Below, piece after piece: positions 54,869 to 64,000 of a stretch of 64,000 nucleotides of DNA. This DNA comes from Trichormus sp. ATA11-4-KO1 (lineage in GTDB: Bacteria; Cyanobacteriota; Cyanobacteriia; Cyanobacteriales; Nostocaceae). The position numbers and the translations under genes were made by a program. Below the pieces are notes generated by a model that saw nothing but the letters and a program-made list of their open reading frames with translations, did not search any database and was not told where the DNA came from. Each line of letters begins with the position of its first letter. Position 1 is the first letter of the stretch. The stretch covers positions 1 through 64,000 of the forward strand of contig JAHHIM010000013.1 of the NCBI GenBank assembly GCA_019358915.1. The letters are read 5' to 3'.

Positions 54869-55096
54869 CACTGCTGTTATAGTATAATTACTGAGATAAT
54901 AACTAGCGATTACCCAATATGTAATGTATTTTTCTTGGGGTCTTAGTGACTTAGTGGTTAAAAAAATGACTTTTGCACCACAAAGGCACTAAGACACTAA
55001 GGTGGAAAGCCTAAAACTGGACAAAATTTTAAGTAGTTTTTACCCACCTTGATTTCTTTGTATAGCCCCACCCTGTCAGGGTGAGGTCTATTAAAG

Positions 55097-56572
<1,476 letters not shown>

Positions 56573-56670
56573 GTAAATTGTACCACCTTGATTATGAATG
56601 CGGATGAGGTGTTTACAATTTATGAGGAGTGAGAAGAGCTTATTCTCCGCTTTATTGCACTTTATTTTAA

Positions 56671-56790
56671 AAGTAACGGTTGTACTGCTGACAAGAAGCC
56701 AATTGTTGTTAGCTTGCTTCACTTCTGGGCTGCAATACATACAACGAAGGCGATTGTTTTTGGGGTTGTCAGTGCAACAGCAATGCTTGA
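56671..56790 (+). other. Degenerate long attC-like hairpin
   Basis: TAAC followed by GTTGTACTG(CTG)ACAA pairing with TTGTCAGTGCAAC; expected GTT core reads GCT. Confidence 0.45.
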
Positions 56791-56840
56791 ATCAAAGCAG
56801 CCATTGAGATACGCTATAACCCAGCATTTACAGCATCTTC

Positions 56841-57143
56841 ATGAAGTTTGAAATTTTTACGCCTCTCGGATTTATGGTTAGAACATCCGAAGAGTATTGG
56901 CAACGGTTGATCATCAAGCATCCTGATATTGAGGAGTTAGAGGAGCTAATTCGATTAGCTCTTGCCATACCGGACGAAGTTCGACACAGTAGCCGAGATG
57001 CAGAAGTATTATTGTTTTATCGGGTACGGGGAGAAGAACGTTGGGTTGTTGCGGTTGCACGGCGCTTAAATGGAGATGGATTCCTCATCACAGCTTACCA
57101 AACTGATGCGATTAAGGAGGGAGAAACAGTATGGCTCAAATAA
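56841..57143 (+). CDS. Putative toxin (DUF4258-like, RelE/BrnT-like fold)
   Basis: KHP, PDEVR and GFLITAY; overlaps the next gene by 13 nt. Confidence 0.65.
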   Translation: MKFEIFTPLGFMVRTSEEYWQRLIIKHPDIEELEELIRLALAIPDEVRHSSRDAEVLLFYRVRGEERWVVAVARRLNGDGFLITAYQTDAIKEGETVWLK

Positions 57144-57367
57144 AGGTGTTTTACGAGCCGGAGACAGAGCTATTAAGCGTATTTTGGCAAGTTCCAAGAA
57201 AAAATCAAATTAGTACTGAGCTTGGAGATGGTGTGATCTTGATAAAAGATGGGGCAAGTGGTGAGCCAATTGGGTTAGAGGTTTTGTCCTACCGTCCTGG
57301 GGACGACCGCTTTGATACTGTGAGTGTTGAGTTGGGGCAAATAAGTTCGATGCAACCAGCCAGCTAA
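57131..57367 (+). CDS. DUF2283 family putative antitoxin
   Basis: YEPETELLSV, ELGDGVILIKD and GEPIGLEVL. Confidence 0.75.
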   Translation: MAQIKVFYEPETELLSVFWQVPRKNQISTELGDGVILIKDGASGEPIGLEVLSYRPGDDRFDTVSVELGQISSMQPAS

Positions 57368-57448
57368 CAACCCGGTTGGAGCGGATTGACACAGAATCTT
57401 GGTTGGGCTGCAAAAGCTGCTAGCAACCGCAAAACTTGACCGTTGGGC
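57362..57448 (+). other. attC-like recombination site
   Basis: AGCTAAC overlaps the stop codon; GTTGGGC core (GTTRRRY); inner GCGG/CCGC arms; 87 bp. Confidence 0.6.
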
Positions 57449-57511
57449 TGCTGCGTTCGGCTTGACTCAGGTGCAAGTTTTGAACAGCTTAAACAGGTAA
57501 GAGGGCGAGTT

Positions 57512-57997
57512 ATGGAAATGTCGAAAGGTGAACTGACCTTTGTATTTTTGGCGGACAGACAAGATGCAATCCCAACTGTAGCACAATGGTATTATGAAGA
57601 GTGGGGCAGAGTTCCTGACAATTCGGTTGAGCAAACGATTGAACGGATAAAAGGCAAACTCAACTGCGATAAACCTCCTTTTCACATTCTGGCAATTTCA
57701 AAGGATAGCGTTCTGGGGGTTGCTCAATTTAAGCTACGCGAGACGAGCATCTATCCAGAAAAAGAGTTTTGGCTTGGAAGTCTTTTTGTTGCTCCTAAGT
57801 TCAGAGGTTGTGGTATCGGGTCAGCTCTAGCAGAAGAAATTGCTGTCATTGCCAAAGGTTTCGGGGTCAAATATCTTTATCTGCAAACGGATGCTTTGGA
57901 TGGAGGTTTGTATAAGCGTCTTGGCTGGAAAATCATCGAGACAACCGAATACAATAGCGTGCGAGTGGCTGTCATGGTAAGGCAACTGGTTGGGTGA
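57512..57997 (+). CDS. GNAT family N-acetyltransferase
   Basis: LFVAPKFRGCGIGSAL acetyl-CoA motif and LYKRLGW; ATG at 57512. Confidence 0.9.
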   Translation: MEMSKGELTFVFLADRQDAIPTVAQWYYEEWGRVPDNSVEQTIERIKGKLNCDKPPFHILAISKDSVLGVAQFKLRETSIYPEKEFWLGSLFVAPKFRGCGIGSALAEEIAVIAKGFGVKYLYLQTDALDGGLYKRLGWKIIETTEYNSVRVAVMVRQLVG

Positions 57998-58080
57998 TAG
58001 ACCGAGCAGAAACACACCAACAACAGCAGAAAACCTTGAACTTTCACCGATAGACTCTTTATATTTGGTTTTTCCTGTCA

Positions 58081-58698
58081 ATGCGTAAGTATTATAAATA
58101 TATTATTTTTTACAAACCCTATGGAGTTCTCAGCCAATTTACACAGGAAAGTCCCAAACATATCACCTTGAAAGACTATATCCAGGTTGCCGATGTTTAT
58201 CCTGTAGGACGTTTGGACTGGGACAGTGAAGGTTTATTGTTGTTGACGAACGATGGAAAATTACAACATCGCCTCGCCCATCCTCGATTTGGACATCAAC
58301 GAACTTATTTGGTGCAGGTAGAGCGCATTCCTGATATAGATGCTATAAACAAGTTACAAAATGGTGTGGAAATTCAAAATTACCGCACTCAGCCAGCCCA
58401 AGTACGACTATTATCAGCAGAACCGCAGCTACCTGAACGTAATCCGCCAATTAGATTTCGGAAAAATATCCCCACAGCATGGTTGGAGATGACATTAACC
58501 GAAGGAAAAAATCGCCAGGTGCGGCGCATGACTGCGGCGGTAGGGTTTCCCACTTTGCGACTAGTCAGGGTAAGCATAGCCCATCTAAATCTCAATGGTC
58601 TACAGCTAGGTCAGTGGCGCGATCTCACGCCATGTGAACTGAGACTTCTGCATAAATTGCCTCAAAACTACAAAAGAGTTTCTAGCGCTAGGACATAA
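58081..58698 (+). CDS. Pseudouridine synthase (RsuA/RluE family)
   Basis: [22 protein letters not shown] and [10 protein letters not shown]. Confidence 0.93.
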   Translation: MRKYYKYIIFYKPYGVLSQFTQESPKHITLKDYIQVADVYPVGRLDWDSEGLLLLTNDGKLQHRLAHPRFGHQRTYLVQVERIPDIDAINKLQNGVEIQNYRTQPAQVRLLSAEPQLPERNPPIRFRKNIPTAWLEMTLTEGKNRQVRRMTAAVGFPTLRLVRVSIAHLNLNGLQLGQWRDLTPCELRLLHKLPQNYKRVSSART

Positions 58699-58908
58699 AG
58701 CGGCTTTTTAGTTAAATTTCACAACAGAAGCAATATATTTTCATGTTGACAAACGTAATTAGATGTAAATAAACGTAATTTTGAGCCAAAAGGACTATAT
58801 AAGTTTTTATTTGCCTCTTTTTGGCGCAAAATCAGCCAAAAGGATTATAATAATCTTTTTTTATTCCTGACCAGTTAACACCAGCCCTTGGGTGCAAGTT
58901 TAAGTCTT

Positions 58909-60339
58909 ATGAGCCTTAATCAGCGATTGCGCGGAGCGCAGCGCCAGAGGCGATCGCTCTGGCATCAAACTCACCAACAACAAGATATCTTGTCTGCAAA
59001 ACCTGTATGCTTGGAATTTGTACCCGAACGAGCTTCAGATTTAGAACTTTGCACGGTAGCAGAAACGCTGCGTCGTACCCAAGAGGAACTTCAATGGTAT
59101 CGCCAGCTTTATGAACATACCCCTGCTATATATTTCAGCTTGGATACAACTGGAATAGTTCTGTCTGTGAACCAGTTCGGAGCAACCTGTCTTGGTTACA
59201 CGCCTGAACAATTGATTAACCAGCCTGTATTTAACTTGTTTGCAGCATCAGACAAACAAAGGCTATCTGATACATTCACACGGTTATTAACGGCTGCACA
59301 TCAAAGCGAAATTGTCCATAGGGAGTTTCGCTTAAACTGCCCTGCAAGTAAGATTGCATGGGTAAAAGTCGTAATGTGTTTATTACCTGGTGGGAATAAG
59401 CACTGTTCTTTGGAAGAAAACCAACAGCTACTTACCAACCAGGCGGAAACCTCTACATTACAGTCTGATCAAATAGATTCGGTAATTCTCATGGTGTGTG
59501 AGGATATTACTGCTTACAAGCAAACAGAAACTAACTTAAAAGAATTAGCACAAGCAGTTTTAAAACAGAGCCAAATAGCAGCACAGGCTCATTTAGAGGA
59601 AATGGATCACCTCAATCGCCTCAAAGAAGAATTTTTGAGTACGGTTTCCCATGAACTACGCACGCCACTAACTAATATGAAAATGGCGATTCAGATGTTG
59701 GGAATCACGCTGCATCAAGAGCAGAAGTTTTTGTCGGAAATGGCAAAACCACAAGCAGAACGATCAAAAGCATTTCGCTATTTTGAAATTTTAGATAACG
59801 AATGTGAACGAGAAATTAACTTAATTAATAACTTCCTGGATTTGCAACGGCTAGATACAAGTGCTAAACCCTGGGTGCTAGAAACAATTCAAGTGCAACA
59901 ATGGCTTTGGCGCGTTGTAGAGCTATTTAAAGCGCGCCATTATACCTCCTGTCAACAAAAGTTGCACCTTAGCATAGCTGCTAATTTGCCCCCGTTGGCG
60001 TATGATCCGTTGAGTCTAGAGCGCATCTTGGTGGAACTTTTGACAAATGCCTGTAAATTCAGCCCCTTAGATGCCGAAATTACCATTTCCGCCCAATTGA
60101 AATCTCATAATATCCAATTTCAAGTCATCAATTCCGGCGTAGAAATTCCTAGTTTTGAATTACCACGCATTTTCGACAAATTTTATCGTATTCCTAGTAA
60201 TGATCCACGAAAGCAGGGAGGAACGGGGTTAGGACTGGCACTAGTACAAAAACTTACTAAGCACTTAGGCGGAACAATTGCAGTGGAAAGTGGAGCAAAT
60301 CGGACTTGTTTCACCATCCTACTAGCGCTGAAGAGTTAG
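58909..60339 (+). CDS. PAS domain histidine kinase
   Basis: PAS, SHELRTPL, NACKF and GGTGLGL. Confidence 0.9.
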   Translation: MSLNQRLRGAQRQRRSLWHQTHQQQDILSAKPVCLEFVPERASDLELCTVAETLRRTQEELQWYRQLYEHTPAIYFSLDTTGIVLSVNQFGATCLGYTPEQLINQPVFNLFAASDKQRLSDTFTRLLTAAHQSEIVHREFRLNCPASKIAWVKVVMCLLPGGNKHCSLEENQQLLTNQAETSTLQSDQIDSVILMVCEDITAYKQTETNLKELAQAVLKQSQIAAQAHLEEMDHLNRLKEEFLSTVSHELRTPLTNMKMAIQMLGITLHQEQKFLSEMAKPQAERSKAFRYFEILDNECEREINLINNFLDLQRLDTSAKPWVLETIQVQQWLWRVVELFKARHYTSCQQKLHLSIAANLPPLAYDPLSLERILVELLTNACKFSPLDAEITISAQLKSHNIQFQVINSGVEIPSFELPRIFDKFYRIPSNDPRKQGGTGLGLALVQKLTKHLGGTIAVESGANRTCFTILLALKS

Positions 60340-60581
60340 GGAGTGGGGAGATGAGGGGGAATTGAAAATGCCCCATTCCCCATTCCCCAAAATATTATGA
60401 AGAATTGGCAGCCAATATCTGAAATATTTAGCTAATATGCGTCACAATTAATACGGCCACCAAAATTCACTGGTGAAACCACAATTTATTGTACGTCTAC
60501 TGGAGGCAGGGGCAGCCAATTGTGGCACTGGGGATATTTAGTGGCTAAGCACCTTGGAATGGGAATTAAGGAACTTCCACC

Positions 60582-62624
60582 ATGCTGATTTGCCCTCAGT
60601 GTACATTTGAAAACCCCGACACTAACAAATTCTGTCAAAACTGTGGTGCGTCCCTGACCCACAAGGTCTGTCCTGAATGCAGTACCGATGTCCCTGTGAA
60701 TGCACAACTTTGTCATAACTGTGGTGCGGAATGCGGCACAGTTTGGCAGGCAATTATTACCCAGGATGAGACTAGAGACTGGGAACTAGGGAGTGGGGAA
60801 GAAATAGCAGAGAAGACCACAGAACAAGAAAATCAAGAAAACTCACTCCCTCTCGCCTCAACTCTAGAGGAGACTTTGAAGTCACCTATCTTGGCAACAC
60901 AACTCACAGCAGGCTCTTATTTAGACCAAGAACAGCGTTATCAATTATTAGAACTGCCATCAGCCCCAAGGAAAAACGTTGCCAAAATCGAAGTGTGCGT
61001 GAGAGTGTTAGACTGCCAGCCTTATCAAATATCACCTGTTGAGGCAATACTAACCAATCAGCAACAGGGACTAGTAGTGCCATCAGTGGAAGCAGGTGGA
61101 ATTCCTAGCCTTGCTAAGGCTTATATCGATTTACAATCTTTAATTCATCCAGGAATACCACCAATTCATGATGCTTGGCAGCAGGATGATATGCAGGTGG
61201 TACTAATTGAAGACCGATCGCATTGGCAGTCTTTACTCGATTTGTGGCGAGATGAAACAACAGATTCGTTACAAATTTTACATTGGTTATATCAAATGAC
61301 CCAACTCTGGGCTGTACTGGAAACAGTAAATTGTCGACAAAGTTTGTTGGATTTGGCGAATTTACGAGTGGATGAAGACCAGACATTAGCGCTACAGCGT
61401 TTGTATGTGGAACCATTGAATAAACAGCCGGCGATTCCTGCGGATAACTTGGCTAATGCATCGTCTGAAGATGAAGAAAAAGAAACATTTACAGGTTTTG
61501 GGCAAACTTTCACTATCCAAGCTTTGGGACAAGTTTGGCAGGAACTATTTCGTCAGTCTCAACGCACTCAATTTGGTTCTATAGTGCAGACTTTGGAGGA
61601 TGTGGAACTTGGTAAAATTCAGACGGTTGAGCAGTTGCGATCGCGTTTAACTCAAATCGCTGCTGAACTAGAAACACCCATCACAGCAACTTTTCATCCA
61701 ATGGAAGAAAAAGATCCTGTTACACCTACCATTCTGCAATTAGATGAGTTAGAAGATTCTGCGGTCAAACCAGATGATCTGCCTACAGTTGTACTGTCAA
61801 TGCAATTGAGCAGCTTAGAAGACGCAGGACGCACTGATGTTGGCCGTCAACGTAATCACAATGAAGACTGCTTTGGGATTGAAACCAAAATCGAGAAATT
61901 GGAATTACCCAAAAACCGAGTCATACAAGCCCGTGGTTTGTATATTCTCTGCGATGGTATGGGCGGACATGCAGGTGGTGAGATAGCCAGTGAGTTGGCA
62001 GTTAAGACTGTGCGGCAATACTTTCAAGAACATTGGATTACCAACCAAATGCCCACATCAGATAGTATTCGTGAGGCAGTTTATTTAGCTAATCAGGCAA
62101 TTTACGAAACTAATCAACAAGATGCCCGTTCTGGTATCGGGCGCATGGGGACTACTCTAGTTATGCTTTTAATTCAAGGCACTCAAGCAGCAGTTGCCCA
62201 TGTAGGGGATAGTCGCCTTTACTGCTTGACACGCAAGCGCGGACTGGTACAAATCACGGTGGATCACGAAGTCGGTCAACGAGAAATTTCTAGAGGAGTG
62301 GAAGCAAACATCGCTTACGCCCGTCCAGATGCCTATCAATTGACTCAAGCTTTAGGGCCTCGTGATCAAAACTCAATTAATCCTGATGTGGAGTTTTTCG
62401 AGATCAATGAAGACAGTCTCTTCATTTTGGTTTCAGACGGTTTATCAGATAATGATTTACTAGAAATTCATGGGCAAACCCATCTAATTCCCCTGCTGAG
62501 TTCTGGCGCCAATCTGGAACAGGGGGTTATGGAATTAATTGATTTGGCTAACCAATACAATGGTCATGACAATATTACTGCTGTACTTATCCGGGCAAAA
62601 GTCCGCCCAAATATGGACAGTTAA
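60582..62624 (+). CDS. PP2C Ser/Thr phosphatase with N-terminal double zinc ribbon
   Basis: Four CxxC pairs; RNHNED, CDGMGGH, HVGDSR, SDGL and HDNIT. Confidence 0.92.
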   Translation: MLICPQCTFENPDTNKFCQNCGASLTHKVCPECSTDVPVNAQLCHNCGAECGTVWQAIITQDETRDWELGSGEEIAEKTTEQENQENSLPLASTLEETLKSPILATQLTAGSYLDQEQRYQLLELPSAPRKNVAKIEVCVRVLDCQPYQISPVEAILTNQQQGLVVPSVEAGGIPSLAKAYIDLQSLIHPGIPPIHDAWQQDDMQVVLIEDRSHWQSLLDLWRDETTDSLQILHWLYQMTQLWAVLETVNCRQSLLDLANLRVDEDQTLALQRLYVEPLNKQPAIPADNLANASSEDEEKETFTGFGQTFTIQALGQVWQELFRQSQRTQFGSIVQTLEDVELGKIQTVEQLRSRLTQIAAELETPITATFHPMEEKDPVTPTILQLDELEDSAVKPDDLPTVVLSMQLSSLEDAGRTDVGRQRNHNEDCFGIETKIEKLELPKNRVIQARGLYILCDGMGGHAGGEIASELAVKTVRQYFQEHWITNQMPTSDSIREAVYLANQAIYETNQQDARSGIGRMGTTLVMLLIQGTQAAVAHVGDSRLYCLTRKRGLVQITVDHEVGQREISRGVEANIAYARPDAYQLTQALGPRDQNSINPDVEFFEINEDSLFILVSDGLSDNDLLEIHGQTHLIPLLSSGANLEQGVMELIDLANQYNGHDNITAVLIRAKVRPNMDS

Positions 62625-62685
62625 GGGAAATTTTCCTCTAACCTCTAGCCTCTAATTCCTTTGTTCAGTTTATGCAGGTCGTATT

Positions 62686-63957
62686 GTGGTTATTCTGACT
62701 CTGTTAGAACCGCAACAAAAAACGCCACTCAAGCAATGGTGCTTTGAAAACTCCTCCGTAATTCGGATTGGTCGGGCGGCGGATAATCATGTTGTTTTAT
62801 CTGATAGTTTGGTTTCGCGGCATCATCTAGAACTGAGGCAGGTCAATCCTGCCAAAAATATTGGTTCTTGGCAGGTGATTAGTCAAGGCACAAATGGCAC
62901 TTTCCTCAATGGTATCCTGGTGATTCAGAGTTTGTTGCCAGATAATTCCTTGTTGCAATTGGCACAGGGAGGGCCGATATTACAATTTCAACTCCAGGAA
63001 ATACCGGATACTTGGTTGCGATCGCCTGAAGGTGGCGAGATACCAGAAAACACTGCTGCATCAGTCTTTTCCGCTAGCACCCCTGCCAGTTTATCTGCCA
63101 GTTGCAATCACGAAGGTAACTCGCCTAATAATCTATTTTGTATCCACTGCGGTCAACCTCTGTCGGTGCAACAAACCATTCGTCAATATCAGGTGTTGCG
63201 AACTTTAGGACAGGGAGGGATGGGGACTACTTATTTAGCTTGGGATGCAGCAGGCATAATTGCCGGAAAACCACAATTGTTGGTATTAAAGCAAATGAAT
63301 GCTGATATGGCGAAAATTGCCAAAGCCCAAGAATTATTTGAACGGGAGGCGTATACTCTCAAATCCCTTAACCACTCTGGGATTCCCAAGTATTACGATT
63401 TTTTTGTTGTGGGTGGTAAAAAATACTTGGCCATGGAATTAGTTCATGGACAAGATTTAGAAAAAAGAGTTTATGCTACTGGGCCAGTAACGCCCAGCCA
63501 GGCGATCGCTTGGATGATTCAAACCTGCGACATCTTACACTACCTCCATAGCCAAGATCCGCCACTGATTCACCGTGATATTAAACCCGCTAACCTGATG
63601 GTGCGAAATTCTGATAATCACGTAGTAGTATTAGACTTTGGTGCCGTCAAGGAGATTGGTACGACCCCAGGCACTCGTATTGGTGCAGAGGGTTACTGTG
63701 CCCCCGAACAAGAACGGGGACAACCTTTAACTCAATCCGATTTATATGCCATTGGGCCAACACTGATTTTTCTGCTCACAGGCGAAAACCCTTTTAAGTT
63801 CTACCGTCACCGGGGGCAAAATTCCCGGTTTGATGTCACCAAGGTGCCGACAATTACTCCTAAATTAAGAGAAATTATTGAACGCGCTACGGAGCAACTG
63901 CCACGCGATCGCTACCAAAGTGCTAAAGAACTGGCTGTAGCATTAGCTAGTTGCTAA
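62686..63957 (+). CDS. FHA-domain Ser/Thr protein kinase
   Basis: IGR/VSRHH/TNGTF FHA motifs; GQGGMG, HRDIKPAN, DFG and APE. Confidence 0.94.
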   Translation: MVILTLLEPQQKTPLKQWCFENSSVIRIGRAADNHVVLSDSLVSRHHLELRQVNPAKNIGSWQVISQGTNGTFLNGILVIQSLLPDNSLLQLAQGGPILQFQLQEIPDTWLRSPEGGEIPENTAASVFSASTPASLSASCNHEGNSPNNLFCIHCGQPLSVQQTIRQYQVLRTLGQGGMGTTYLAWDAAGIIAGKPQLLVLKQMNADMAKIAKAQELFEREAYTLKSLNHSGIPKYYDFFVVGGKKYLAMELVHGQDLEKRVYATGPVTPSQAIAWMIQTCDILHYLHSQDPPLIHRDIKPANLMVRNSDNHVVVLDFGAVKEIGTTPGTRIGAEGYCAPEQERGQPLTQSDLYAIGPTLIFLLTGENPFKFYRHRGQNSRFDVTKVPTITPKLREIIERATEQLPRDRYQSAKELAVALASC

Positions 63958-64000
63958 GTATAGGTTGGGGGAATTGTGATTAGGCTGTGCCGTGAGCGTC

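Noticed and set aside
56600..58100. A complete integron
   Set aside because: No tyrosine recombinase or attI in the window, and both attC-like sites are degenerate.
60582..63957. Naming the pair prpA/pknE
   Set aside because: As I recall, Anabaena PrpA is a PPP-family phosphatase, whereas this one has PP2C motifs.

Overview
64 kb of a heterocyst-forming cyanobacterial (Nostocales-type) chromosome. The evidence is frequent HIP1 octamers (GCGATCGC), heptameric STRR repeats and a devBCA operon with a canonical NtcA promoter. Most of the window is core genes: clpS, pcyA, devBCA, metF, trpS, glgP, psbI (missed by the ORF track), ilvC, dapL, cpcS, ctpA, petBD and thiC with a TPP riboswitch. It also encodes several histidine kinases (one with a DXCF cyanobacteriochrome GAF) and a PP2C phosphatase / FHA-kinase pair. 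Most notable accessory structure: (1) an integron-like mini-array with no integrase between thiC and a pseudouridine synthase, made of two degenerate attC-like hairpins, a putative toxin-antitoxin pair and a GNAT gene; (2) a cobalt coaT/coaR pair separated by 4.1 kb carrying two other genes, with the MerR-type operator-promoter intact and the intervening kinase flanked by 18-bp direct repeats; (3) the end of an IS701-like element and a MITE with the same terminal repeat and a 5-bp target duplication; (4) many tiny mobile repeats, three inserted in frame in genes; (5) two gene remnants. No rRNA, tRNA or CRISPR array was seen. All family assignments come from motif recognition and recalled knowledge, not database searches.
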